From: Fibrobacteria bacterium | GTDB taxonomy: Bacteria > Fibrobacterota > Fibrobacteria > UBA11236 | Assembly: GCA_041746255.1 (NCBI GenBank) | Contig: JBGTHM010000019.1 | Location: 1 to 64,000 of the forward strand | Length of the DNA: 64,000 nucleotides | Reading direction: 5' to 3' | Part shown: positions 18,357-27,871 of the stretch, piece by piece | Layout: every line of letters begins with the position of its first letter | Numbering within the stretch: the stretch's first letter is position 1 | Notes under the pieces: model-generated | Seen by the model: only the letters and a program-made list of their open reading frames with translations | What the model was told of the DNA's origin: nothing | Database searches by the model: none | Program-made: the position numbers and the translations under genes

Positions 18357-18441
18357 TTTACATATCTAGCATATGAATATACCAATATATTTAAACTATT
18401 GGTTTGGGAAATCCCTATATATCATAAAAATTGTATGAAAA
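18357..18441. promoter_or_regulatory. Two CATA-N7-TATG inverted repeats, candidate AbiEi operators
   Basis: TTTACATA-tctagca-TATGAATA (18357-18379) and ATATCATA-aaaattg-TATGAAAA (18419-18441) in the AT-rich upstream region. Confidence 0.5.
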
Positions 18442-18542
18442 ATGGGGAATTTTAAAACCCAGTATTTAGAAGGCCTCCGTTTTGTGGACCGAGGCTTTGA
18501 GGCGGGTTACTTAGCCAACACAGGTAAATGTCCGAAGAAGAC

Positions 18543-18758
18543 TTAACTGAAAAGATCCAGCAGAGATCCCAGCATTTCGTCGTGGGTTTTGATAACCGCC
18601 ACATTGGCCTTCACTATAGCCGAGTCTTCGATTTGTCCCACCATATCCTTGGCCAAATCCTCATGCTCGGCGGCCCGGGAAATTCTGTCGGCGCGCGCCG
18701 CATGGTCCTTGAAAGCCTGCGAGATTCCGGTGACCGATGAGTTCAATCCGATATCCAT
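18543..18758 (-). CDS. Small flagellar basal-body rod C-terminal-like protein
   Basis: DLAKDMV..I....KANVAVIKT.DEMLGSLLD pattern; GGAGG RBS. Confidence 0.75.
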   Translation of the reverse strand: MDIGLNSSVTGISQAFKDHAARADRISRAAEHEDLAKDMVGQIEDSAIVKANVAVIKTHDEMLGSLLDLFS

Positions 18759-18782
18759 GATTTGCGCCTCCGTAAATGGTTT

Positions 18783-19940
18783 TCAAATCGGGCTACGGGT
18801 CAGCCGGCCCATATGGCCGCCATGCATCCCTATGTCGTTCGATGTTCCGTCGCTGTCCAGCATGGCCTCTCCGGGGTGACCGGCATCTATCAGTCGCGAA
18901 TAGATGGATAAACGGTAGGGGCCCAATCCCAAGGGTTTGAACTCGTGCATTTGCCGCGCCTCTTGTGAAACGCCTTTACGATTGCCGTATTCCATTTCCG
19001 CCAAAACGGTATCCCGTATCCTGTGCTTGGGCGTGTTCAATTCCATATCCCGCGCGAGAGCTTCGTTAAAGCTGGAGGAGTTTTCAAAAAACGGATCGGC
19101 GTGGAGGTTATTGAAACGATCGGAGCTGTCGCCCCGGGAATTTTTGAAATCAAGTTGCAGCGCCCAGGCGGGACATTGGTAGCAATGGCCGTCCCGGTTC
19201 GCGAAAAAGGCATTGTACTGCATGTCCGTCGCAGGGTTGCGGTCCCCCCAGACTCCGTAACCGCGGTTCCGGTAAAAGATATTGCTGACGATGCGCGGTT
19301 GGGCGCTTTCCAGCAGCAGTCCCGCGCTGCGATGACCTATGAAATTGTTGTTCACCACCACCAGATTGGCCCAGCGCCCCAGCCATAACCCGATATTGTT
19401 GTCCTCGAACAGATTGTGGTGTACGAAGAATTCCGCCTGCCGCACCAACAGGGCTTTATGGGCGCCCCGGAAAATAGCGAATCCGATTTCAACCCGATGG
19501 GAATTCTGGCCCTGGAAGCGGATGCCGTCCCATCCGATATGCCCCATTTGATAGCCCTCCGGTTCGAAAAGAATGCGTTCGGCAGGCGTGCCCACCGCAA
19601 AGAAATTACCCTCCACCTTGATGCTCACGAATTGGGAATCGGCCCAGTCCGCTTGCGGAAGGATTTCCTCGCCTTCACAAGGTTTTGGACGCGCGAACCG
19701 GACGATGGCTCCGGGCTCGATGGTGAGCCGTGAACCGTTGGGAATATAAACGTCGCCGGTTATGAGGTAGGGGGATTCCGCTTTGGTCCAGGTGGTGGGA
19801 AGCCTGAAAGTGCCGCATACCTCGGTGGCAGTCGATTTCGCCTGCGCAAGCGAAGCGGCGAAAAGCAGCAAGGCCGGCAGGACCCACGAAGTCGTAAGTC
19901 CACCCGTAACCGGGAAACGGTGGGAGTAAGCGTCGCACAT
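18783..19940 (-). CDS. Secreted right-handed parallel beta-helix protein
   Basis: Signal peptide; WTKAESPYLITGDV...LTIEPG, WDGI, N-N-F repeats, ADP.F and IDAG...DIG.HGG motifs. Confidence 0.8.
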   Translation of the reverse strand: MCDAYSHRFPVTGGLTTSWVLPALLLFAASLAQAKSTATEVCGTFRLPTTWTKAESPYLITGDVYIPNGSRLTIEPGAIVRFARPKPCEGEEILPQADWADSQFVSIKVEGNFFAVGTPAERILFEPEGYQMGHIGWDGIRFQGQNSHRVEIGFAIFRGAHKALLVRQAEFFVHHNLFEDNNIGLWLGRWANLVVVNNNFIGHRSAGLLLESAQPRIVSNIFYRNRGYGVWGDRNPATDMQYNAFFANRDGHCYQCPAWALQLDFKNSRGDSSDRFNNLHADPFFENSSSFNEALARDMELNTPKHRIRDTVLAEMEYGNRKGVSQEARQMHEFKPLGLGPYRLSIYSRLIDAGHPGEAMLDSDGTSNDIGMHGGHMGRLTRSPI

Positions 19941-20018
19941 ACCCCCCTATTCTACAGGGTGGCTTCCTTTTACGTAAATAGGAGGCGAAAAAATTCCCGG
20001 GGGCCGGGATGGCCGAAA

Positions 20019-20801
20019 TCAGGCCGTGGGAGGGGTTTTGGGGCGGTTCATCCAGAGAATTTGGGCGGCGGCATACCCGGCTCCGAAGCCATTGTCGATA
20101 TTGACTACGGTAAGGCCCGGTGCGCAACTATTGAGCATGGACAAAAGAGCGGCCAAACCTTGGAAGGAGGCGCCATATCCGACGCTGGTGGGTACGGCGA
20201 TAACGGGAGCCTTGACTAGGCCGGTAACGACTCCCGGTAAAGCGGCATCCATGCCGGCGGCCACCACCACAACCGCGGCGGCTTGCAAACGCTCGGTTTT
20301 TTCCAGCAGCCGATGTAGCCCCGCCACCCCCAAGTCGTGGAGGACTTCGACGACGCAGCCCATGAGTCGCGCCGTCAGGGCTGCCTCCTCAACCACGGGT
20401 GCGTCGGTTGTGCCGGCTCCCAGCGCAAGGAGAAAGGGTTGGCCGGGCGATGGGGGCAGGGGAACGATTTCCGGAATATCCGATAGATAGGCGCAACGGG
20501 CCGCCTCATGATAACGAAGGCGGGGAAATTCCTTTTCCAAATCCACGAAGGTGGATTCGGCCAAACGGGTGATGAGTAACGTTGAGGTTTCCTCCCCGGT
20601 CGCGGTAAGAATGCGGCGGAGTTGGTCGAGGGTTTTGCCTTGGCCGAAAACCACTTCCGGAAACCCCTTCCGCAAGGCGCGATGCCGATCGAGTCGGACA
20701 TCGCCCAATTCGAGGGTGGGATAGGCCCGTAAAAATTCCAGCATTTCCGTTTCGCCCAATTTACCGTCGCGGTAAAGGTGAAGTGCTTCTTCCAGCCGCA
20801 T
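20019..20801 (-). CDS. larB: Nickel-pincer cofactor biosynthesis protein LarB (PurE-like)
   Basis: D.HR..RKGFPEVVFGQGK, AGTTD, DLGVAGLHRL, AVPTSVGYG, MLNSCA and VNIDNGFGA motifs. Confidence 0.92.
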   Translation of the reverse strand: MRLEEALHLYRDGKLGETEMLEFLRAYPTLELGDVRLDRHRALRKGFPEVVFGQGKTLDQLRRILTATGEETSTLLITRLAESTFVDLEKEFPRLRYHEAARCAYLSDIPEIVPLPPSPGQPFLLALGAGTTDAPVVEEAALTARLMGCVVEVLHDLGVAGLHRLLEKTERLQAAAVVVVAAGMDAALPGVVTGLVKAPVIAVPTSVGYGASFQGLAALLSMLNSCAPGLTVVNIDNGFGAGYAAAQILWMNRPKTPPTA

Positions 20802-21003
20802 TTAGCTCCTTTTATTATCGCCGCCTCGAAAAACTGAAACAAAAAGGGGTCTATTCGCCCCAAAAAAATCCAAAAATCCCGATCCCAAGACGGATTCCGG
20901 GAGAAAAACCCGGTGCGGAACGCAAGGGCGGATTAATATAAAACAAGTAGTCTCAAAACGTAGCATTCGGGGGTCCTCTACGTTACACGGTGCCATCATC
21001 AAT

Positions 21004-22059
21004 TTGAACGGTTCGGAGACGCTTCGATCCGAGTTGCAAGCCAAACACCCGATCACAGGGGGGCGGCTCGATTCGAATAGGGTCGAAGCCATCGCGCCCA
21101 AGCCTATCACTCCAGTGGCCCGATTCCTGGAGTTGGCCTTACGCCACTCGATGCTTTCGGCATTACTCTTGTGCATCACCTGGCATGCGGGCCGCTTCGC
21201 GACTTATCTGCTTATGGGGCATTCCGCAATCGCTTTTTTTCCGGCAAACGCCGCCGGTTATATTTTCTGGCTGCCGGAATTCATCATGCCCTATGTGGGT
21301 CTGCTGGTATTGGGACGTCTTTACAATAATCACCGCGATCACGTTCTTCGCAACTTGGCGGGCAGCGTGCAGCGCGGCAATGAAATCCAGAAAATTTCCA
21401 TTCTCGGCTTCGCCAAAATCTCCGAAGCGCGGGACAGCGATACCGGTAATCATATTTTCCGCATGAGCCATTACTCCCGTATCCTCGCCGAAGAATTGGG
21501 TAAGTTGCCGAAATACCGTTCCTATATCACCCGTCCTTATTGCGACGACCTTTTTATCTCGGCTCCGTTGCATGATATCGGCAAAGTCGGCATTAACGAT
21601 AATATATTGAAAAAGCAGGGGTCGCTTACGGCGGAAGAGTTCGAAATAATGAAGTTGCATACCATCATCGGCGGCGACCTTCTTTTCGAGCTCGAACTTA
21701 AACTGAAATTCCGCACTTTCTATTCCCTCAGCAAGGAAATCGCCTACCACCACCATCAACGTTTCGATGGGACGGGCTATCCCAATGTACTGGGTTCGTC
21801 CAAGGCCATGTTCGTTGACAAGGGAATCGGTACTCCACTGCAAGGAGCGGAAATCCCGCTCTCGGCGCGCATCGTGGCTTTGGCCGACGTTTATGATGCG
21901 CTGGCTTCGGCGCGCTGCTACAAAGAAGCCATTTCCCATGAAAGGGCGCGCGAGATGATACTGGAGCAGTCCGGAAAACATTTCGACCCTGAGGTCGTGG
22001 ATGCCTTTTTACGCAGTGAAAAGGAGATTCTTTCCATCGCTCAGCAATTCTCGAACTAA
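21004..22059 (+). CDS. Membrane-anchored HD-GYP phosphodiesterase
   Basis: TM segments; RDSDTGNH, LHDIGK, HT..G, HHQRFDGTGYP, ADVYDAL and HFDP motifs. Start uncertain. Confidence 0.9.
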   Translation: MNGSETLRSELQAKHPITGGRLDSNRVEAIAPKPITPVARFLELALRHSMLSALLLCITWHAGRFATYLLMGHSAIAFFPANAAGYIFWLPEFIMPYVGLLVLGRLYNNHRDHVLRNLAGSVQRGNEIQKISILGFAKISEARDSDTGNHIFRMSHYSRILAEELGKLPKYRSYITRPYCDDLFISAPLHDIGKVGINDNILKKQGSLTAEEFEIMKLHTIIGGDLLFELELKLKFRTFYSLSKEIAYHHHQRFDGTGYPNVLGSSKAMFVDKGIGTPLQGAEIPLSARIVALADVYDALASARCYKEAISHERAREMILEQSGKHFDPEVVDAFLRSEKEILSIAQQFSN

Positions 22060-22183
22060 ATCCTCCCTTCTCCCGGCTTTCCGGCCCAATTATGCGGAAT
22101 CAGCCAGGTAACCGGCTTTTTTGCTAAATTAACCCGTTGCGACTTTGAGTTTTCCGGGCTAAAGCCCTACGGAGGTTTTCCGA

Positions 22184-23152
22184 ATGCATATTCTCGTTAC
22201 GGGTGGCTGCGGCTTCATCGGCTCCAATTTCATCCGTCATGCAGTTACGAACAGGCCGGATTTCCGCATCACGAATCTCGACAGCCTGACCTATGCGGGC
22301 AACCCCGCGAATTTGACGGATATTTCGGCCCTGCCCAACTACACCTTCGTCAAGGGCGATATTTGCGATCGATCCCTGATTACCGAAATTCTGCATGATC
22401 CGGTGGACGGCATCGTGCATTTCGCGGCCGAGTCCCATGTGGACCGGAGTATTTCGGGCCCGGAGATTTTCGTGCATACCAATGTACTGGGCACGCAAAC
22501 CCTGTTGGAGGCGGCGCGGCAAGCCGGTATTGCGCGGTTTCTCCATGTTTCCACCGACGAGGTTTACGGTTCGCTGGGCCCTACGGGACTATTCACGGAA
22601 ACCACACCCTTGTCCCCGAATTCGCCCTATTCCGCCAGCAAAGCGGGTTCCGACATGCTCGTGACGGCCTACCATCAAACTTTCGGCCTGGACGCGATCA
22701 TCACCCGCTGCTCCAATAACTACGGACCCTACCAATATCCCGAAAAGCTGATATCCCTTCTCATCACCAACCTCTTCGACGGAAAGAAAATTCCCATCTA
22801 TGGCGATGGGCTGAATGTACGCGATTGGATCCATGTAGAGGACCATTGCGCGGGAATTCTGCTGGCCTTCGAAAAGGGCAAAGCCGGAGAGGTATACAAC
22901 ATAGGCGGGAATAACGAATGGAAGAACATCGACATCGCCCATAAATTGCTCGCCTTGCTGGGACGCGACGACTCTTTCATCGACTGGGTGCCCGACCGGC
23001 TCGGACATGACCGGCGCTACGCCATCGATGCCGCGAAAATCCGGAACGACCTGGGATGGACGCCCCGCCACGATTTCGCTTCCGGACTGGCCGCCACGGT
23101 GGAATGGTACAAGAACAACGAAAAATGGTGGCGTCCCCTCAAGAAAATATAA
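22184..23152 (+). CDS. rfbB: dTDP-glucose 4,6-dehydratase
   Basis: VTGGCGFIG, FAAESHVDRSI, STDEVYG, YSASK and RCSNNYGP motifs. Confidence 0.96.
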   Translation: MHILVTGGCGFIGSNFIRHAVTNRPDFRITNLDSLTYAGNPANLTDISALPNYTFVKGDICDRSLITEILHDPVDGIVHFAAESHVDRSISGPEIFVHTNVLGTQTLLEAARQAGIARFLHVSTDEVYGSLGPTGLFTETTPLSPNSPYSASKAGSDMLVTAYHQTFGLDAIITRCSNNYGPYQYPEKLISLLITNLFDGKKIPIYGDGLNVRDWIHVEDHCAGILLAFEKGKAGEVYNIGGNNEWKNIDIAHKLLALLGRDDSFIDWVPDRLGHDRRYAIDAAKIRNDLGWTPRHDFASGLAATVEWYKNNEKWWRPLKKI

Positions 23153-23201
23153 GCGGCGGTACGCGGTTAGCGGTTTCGCAACGCCTACGAACAGGACTTG
23201 G

Positions 23202-24128
23202 ATGAGAATCGTCTTCATGGGCACCCCCGAATTCGCCGTGCCGAGTCTCGCGGCTCTGCACCAAAGCCGGCATCAGGTCGTTCTTGTGGTAACCCAGCCC
23301 GATCGCCCCAAGGGCCGAGGGCAAAAGCTCGCCTATTCTCCGGTCAAGCAAAAGGCTCTGGACCTGGGCCTGTCCCTTGTTCAGCCGGAATCCCTGAAAA
23401 CACCGGAGTTCCACGAGCGGATTCGCAGCGAAACCCCCGACCTTCTCGTGGTCGTCGCCTTCCGCATCCTCCCCGAGACCCTCTTCCCCCTGGCCCGTTA
23501 CGGAGCCGTCAATGTGCACGCTTCCCTGCTCCCCAAATACCGGGGCGCCGCACCGATACACTGGGCCATAGCCCGGGGCGAGACGGAAACCGGGGTGACG
23601 GTATTTCACCTCGATCGTCAGATAGATCATGGCGGCATATTGGCGCATAGGAAAACGCCTATCGGGCCGGAAGAGACGACGGCGGACCTATACGGACGTC
23701 TGATGGCCATGGGAGCAGAGTTGCTGCTCGAAACCGTAAATGCCCTGGCCGACGGAAAAGCTTCGCTGCGGGAACAAGATCATGCAGCCGCCGGTCCGGC
23801 GCCCAAGCTGCGCAAGGAGGACGGGCTCTTGGACTGGTCCCTTTCCGCGCAGGTTTTGCATAACCGGATTCGTGCCTTCAATCCCTACCCTGTTTGCCAT
23901 ACCCACGAGCCGTCAGGCAGAGTATTGCGCATATGGAAGGCGCGGGTGATTGAGGCGCCGACCTCCGGCGCCGGCGTGGTAACGCAAACCGATGGGGGTT
24001 ATCCGCTGGTGGGTTGCGGGGAAAACCGGCTTGAGCTAATCGAAGTGCAGCCGGAGGGGAAACCGCGCATGTCGGGCGCCGATTACCTGCGTGGCGTACA
24101 GGAGTCCGCATCCTTGCGGTACGGGTAG
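23202..24128 (+). CDS. fmt: Methionyl-tRNA formyltransferase
   Basis: MRIVFMGTPEFA, VTQPDRPKGRG, NVHASLLPKYRGAAPI and RAFNPYP motifs. Confidence 0.96.
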   Translation: MRIVFMGTPEFAVPSLAALHQSRHQVVLVVTQPDRPKGRGQKLAYSPVKQKALDLGLSLVQPESLKTPEFHERIRSETPDLLVVVAFRILPETLFPLARYGAVNVHASLLPKYRGAAPIHWAIARGETETGVTVFHLDRQIDHGGILAHRKTPIGPEETTADLYGRLMAMGAELLLETVNALADGKASLREQDHAAAGPAPKLRKEDGLLDWSLSAQVLHNRIRAFNPYPVCHTHEPSGRVLRIWKARVIEAPTSGAGVVTQTDGGYPLVGCGENRLELIEVQPEGKPRMSGADYLRGVQESASLRYG

Positions 24129-25488
24129 CGGGAAAAACTTGGAAGGCTATTCTTCACGCGAAGCCGCGCTATCGGTGCTCCAGGACCATGAGAAGAGCGG
24201 TCTATTCCTCAAGGACTTGCTGCCGCGGGCGGTGCAGGGGCTTTCCTCCGCCGATAGGGCTCTGGCTTGGGAAATGGCCTTCGGAGTGATCCGTCAACGT
24301 GCGCTGCTCGATTACAATCTCGAACTCTATACCGAACGCTCCGTCCGCCCTCCCCTGCTCAAGCAAATTCTGCGCTTGGGCTTATACCAGCTTTTCTTTT
24401 TGGGTTCGGTGCCGGATTATGCCGCCGTCGCGCTTTCGGTGGAATTGGCTAAACGGAATATCGACAAGCACAAAGGCGGATTTGCCAACGCCGTGCTGAA
24501 AAAAGCCGCCGGTAAGGGGCTGCAGCGCTTTCCCGACAATGGTCCCAAAGGTCTGGCCGTAAATTATTCCCATCCCGAATGGCTGATCAAAAAATGGGAA
24601 AAGCATTTGGACCGCGGTGCGCTGGAACAGGCGCTGGCGCGCAATAACGAAGACGCTCCCATTTGGGTGCGACGCAACCGCGCCAACGCTTCGGTGGAGG
24701 AAACCGAAAACGCTTTTCGCGCGGAAGGCATGGCTTATTTCCGTGATCCCGTCTGTCCGGAATTTTACCGGTTGGAAGGTTCCCCCACTCTCATTTTGAA
24801 GTCGCCCCTTTTTGCCGCAGGCAAGATTTCCTTTCAGGACCCTGCATCGGGCTTGGTGCTCCGCCTGTTGCAACCCACTCTCACCGACACCTTTCTCGAT
24901 CTTTGTTCCGCTCCCGGCGGCAAAGCGGCTGCCTTGATGGAAGCCTTAAGCGAAGAGCATGCTTCCCAACCCGCATCGCGAATTCCCGCCATCATTTGCA
25001 ACGATTTGTCGTTTCCCCGCCTGAGACGCATGCGCGACGCCACAGTCCGTTTGGGACATGCGCGCTTATTTCCGTTGAACATGGACCCGGCTAAACCGGC
25101 CTTGAAAAAATTATTCACCGCCATACTTATCGACGCCCCCTGCAGTAACCTGGGAGTTATCCGTCGCCGTCCCGAAGCCAAGTGGCGCCATTCACCCGAA
25201 ACCTTAAAGCGTCTGGCCGTTACCCAAAAGAAACTCCTGATGCAGGCGGCCGCCCTGGCCGAACCCCATGCCCGCCTGGTTTTCGCCACTTGCAGCCCGG
25301 AGGAGGAAGAAACCCTGCAGGTGATCCAGCATTTCCTGTCCCAAGCGCCAAACTGGCGACTGGATGATGCCACCCAGTTTCTGCCCGCCCATTTGGTGCG
25401 AAAGGGCTGTTTATGGATTTTCCCCGGCGAATCGGATTACGACGGGTTTTTCGCGGCGCGGCTGGTACGGAAAAACCCCAATGGGTAA
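24091..25488 (+). CDS. rsmB: 16S rRNA m5C967 methyltransferase (NusB-like + RsmB domains)
   Basis: LRLGLYQL, SHPEW, QD.AS, DLCSAPGGK, DAPCS and ATCS..EE motifs; follows fmt. The start may be TTG 24139. Confidence 0.92.
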   Translation: MAYRSPHPCGTGSGKNLEGYSSREAALSVLQDHEKSGLFLKDLLPRAVQGLSSADRALAWEMAFGVIRQRALLDYNLELYTERSVRPPLLKQILRLGLYQLFFLGSVPDYAAVALSVELAKRNIDKHKGGFANAVLKKAAGKGLQRFPDNGPKGLAVNYSHPEWLIKKWEKHLDRGALEQALARNNEDAPIWVRRNRANASVEETENAFRAEGMAYFRDPVCPEFYRLEGSPTLILKSPLFAAGKISFQDPASGLVLRLLQPTLTDTFLDLCSAPGGKAAALMEALSEEHASQPASRIPAIICNDLSFPRLRRMRDATVRLGHARLFPLNMDPAKPALKKLFTAILIDAPCSNLGVIRRRPEAKWRHSPETLKRLAVTQKKLLMQAAALAEPHARLVFATCSPEEEETLQVIQHFLSQAPNWRLDDATQFLPAHLVRKGCLWIFPGESDYDGFFAARLVRKNPNG

Positions 25489-26053
25489 GGGGTTCATTCC
25501 GATTTGGATCGGCGTCTCAGCCCTCCTGCTCTTTTCGTCTCCTATGCGGGCTTATGCGGTCAACGAGGTGATGGAATCGCTGGAGGTGATGGGAGCCGTC
25601 GGGGTTATCGCACCGGTAGGGAAATTGGCCGATGCCCTGGACCCTTCACCCGGCGTATGGCTCCAAGCCAAAACCGGCTATGTGGGAGCGATGAAGGCGC
25701 GGGTAGGAATCAACTACGCCTTGTTGGACGGGGAAGATTCTCCCGCTTCCGTCCATTATGCCCGGGGGGGAGTGGGCCTGGAATACGAGGGCTGGCCTGC
25801 CTGGGTTCCCGTCCCCTCTTTTGGCGTCAGCCTATACTTCGCACGCGTGGCCCAAGCCAAGCCCGGGCTCCGGGCGGCTTATCTCGAAAGCAATGAATCG
25901 GAATTCGGAGCCTATGTCGGGTTTGCCTGGAAGGTCCCTCTGCAAGGGCGGTGGCGACCCGAAGCGGGGCTGGTGTGGGACCTGGTTTTCAGCCGGCCGC
26001 ATCTAGTCCATTTACCCGGCGTGTACGCCGGCATGGCCTGGGAATGGAAATGA
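25481..26053 (+). CDS. Hypothetical small outer-membrane beta-barrel protein
   Basis: Signal peptide, alternating Gly/aromatic strands, aromatic C-terminus (MAWEWK). Overlaps the rsmB stop. Confidence 0.6.
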   Translation: MGKGFIPIWIGVSALLLFSSPMRAYAVNEVMESLEVMGAVGVIAPVGKLADALDPSPGVWLQAKTGYVGAMKARVGINYALLDGEDSPASVHYARGGVGLEYEGWPAWVPVPSFGVSLYFARVAQAKPGLRAAYLESNESEFGAYVGFAWKVPLQGRWRPEAGLVWDLVFSRPHLVHLPGVYAGMAWEWK

Positions 26054-26056
26054 TCC

Positions 26057-27784
26057 ATGTCGCATGAACGCGAGTTTCAATTTATCCGCTTCCCACTTCC
26101 GTGGATTCGCAGCATGGGCTTGCTTGCGGCATCCATCGGCGGCCTCTACGCAGAGGGAGTCCTTTCGGAGTTACCCCCTCCACGGGCGGAATCACCTTTG
26201 TTGGAGTCCCGTCGTCTCCATCCGGAAAGGGTTTTCATTATTGACGGGGCCAACGGGGTGACGCTGGACGAGGATTTCTACCTCGCCCCACAAGAGCATG
26301 TGCGATTCGGCGCCGCCTATCGTCCTCCCGCGCTCGCGCGGATTCCTTCCCTCTTGCCCCGTAATTCGTTCAGGGCTTCCGACCCGGCAGGGCTCTGGGG
26401 GTTTTCGACGCGTATGGGCAACGAGGTGGGCGATCCCTATTTGCTCGAATTGGTGGATCCGGACGTGGAAAACCATACGCCCTATACCGCGGGCTTTTTG
26501 CGATTCCCTCTTGGCGGTGCTGTGAGTGGGACCCTAGGTTTGGAACAGAACGATCATTTCTCCTATGCCACGGTCGCGCGGCGCGGCGGTTTCGCGGGGG
26601 CCACCCCTTCCGAGCTCTCCTGGTTCGGGGAGAACATCCCGCCTTATAGCTTGTTGCGGGGCGTTATCGAGGGCGATGCGGCGGGCGGCCGCTGGCGCGG
26701 GGACGTTGACCAGGGTTGGTGGTGGAATTTCTCGTCGCTATCGGGGATTTCCTATCCCTTTGAAGGCCGTCGATCCCGTTTCGATTTCGACCATTCCGGG
26801 GGCCCTGGCTTTACCCTTTCCCACCACGACGCGGGCCATCCTCGCGGGCATTATTCCTTCTCGGAAAACGAAGCCTCAGCCCGGCTTCCGATTTCTTGGG
26901 GTGAAAACGCGCGACTTCGTCTTTCCGCCGGGGTGGCCAACCGCCGGTTGCGGGCCGACACTTTGGTTAAAGCCTTCGAAGAATGGGAATCCCCCTGGCG
27001 AGCCGAGTGGGAATGGGCCCGACAATCGGACCTTACCCCGGGAATTCAGGCAACTGGCCACTTGCAATGGCGGGAGGGGGTGGGCCTGGCCGAACAGCAA
27101 ATCACCTACCGACCGGCTTGGGCATGGGATTGGCAACCGCGTATTCGAGCCTATTACTTGATTCCGCGCCAGGGCTATTCCAGTGTAGACGATCCCGTGG
27201 AATCGTGGACGCGCAATCCGGGCTGGCATGCGCGCGGTGTTACAACGGCCTTGACCTATTCTCGACAGATAGCCGCGACCGGGTTTACCCTCGAAGCGAA
27301 GGAGGCTAGAGAGTGGGGACTTCCCTTGGTAACGGGAGGGGAAGTTCCCCGCGGGAGCTTTCCGAGCCCCCATATGCTAGGCAATCGCAGCCTTACCCTG
27401 CGGACGGAGGGTAGCTTGATTGAGAATCTTGAGTATTCGCTTTCGGCCGGTGTCCGTCGATTCTTCGGTACGGGAACGTCTCACCTGGAATTTCAGCCGG
27501 CGCCTTTTTGGTTGAGTCTCGCTTGGGCAAAACGATTCCAGAGCGACTTAAGCCTCGAAGCCTCCACAACCTATATGGGATCCAAACAGGTGCGGGGCTG
27601 GGGCGAGGACTTCAGCATCCCCTCCCACTGGGAACACCATGTTTTTTTGGAACAATCCTTTCTTGAAGGCCGTTTGCGGTTGCATTATGGAGCTCTGAAC
27701 TTATTTATGCCAGACCTGCCCGAGCATCCTCTGGGGAACCCGCTGCGCTTTCGCATTCTCGCTGGAGCTGAAGCGGTTTTTTGA
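26057..27784 (+). CDS. Hypothetical large outer-membrane beta-barrel protein
   Basis: 575 aa, Trp/Gly/Arg-rich amphipathic strands, NLF...EHP..FR motif and terminal Phe. Confidence 0.6.
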   Translation: MSHEREFQFIRFPLPWIRSMGLLAASIGGLYAEGVLSELPPPRAESPLLESRRLHPERVFIIDGANGVTLDEDFYLAPQEHVRFGAAYRPPALARIPSLLPRNSFRASDPAGLWGFSTRMGNEVGDPYLLELVDPDVENHTPYTAGFLRFPLGGAVSGTLGLEQNDHFSYATVARRGGFAGATPSELSWFGENIPPYSLLRGVIEGDAAGGRWRGDVDQGWWWNFSSLSGISYPFEGRRSRFDFDHSGGPGFTLSHHDAGHPRGHYSFSENEASARLPISWGENARLRLSAGVANRRLRADTLVKAFEEWESPWRAEWEWARQSDLTPGIQATGHLQWREGVGLAEQQITYRPAWAWDWQPRIRAYYLIPRQGYSSVDDPVESWTRNPGWHARGVTTALTYSRQIAATGFTLEAKEAREWGLPLVTGGEVPRGSFPSPHMLGNRSLTLRTEGSLIENLEYSLSAGVRRFFGTGTSHLEFQPAPFWLSLAWAKRFQSDLSLEASTTYMGSKQVRGWGEDFSIPSHWEHHVFLEQSFLEGRLRLHYGALNLFMPDLPEHPLGNPLRFRILAGAEAVF

Positions 27785-27801
27785 GCCGCTACTCCCGGAA
27801 A

Positions 27802-27831
27802 TTGACAATTTTTCGAACCGCTCCCTATAAT
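27802..27831 (+). promoter_or_regulatory. Consensus sigma70 promoter
   Basis: TTGACA-N18-TATAAT upstream of the EAL gene. Confidence 0.75.
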
Positions 27832-27871
27832 CTCCGGAGATGTATCGTTTCAATTTCCAGTTTCGACCCGC

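Noticed and set aside
20950..21000. AACGTAG/CTACGTT hairpin upstream of HD-GYP as a riboswitch or tRNA remnant
   Set aside because: Lacks c-di-GMP riboswitch and tRNA consensus features.
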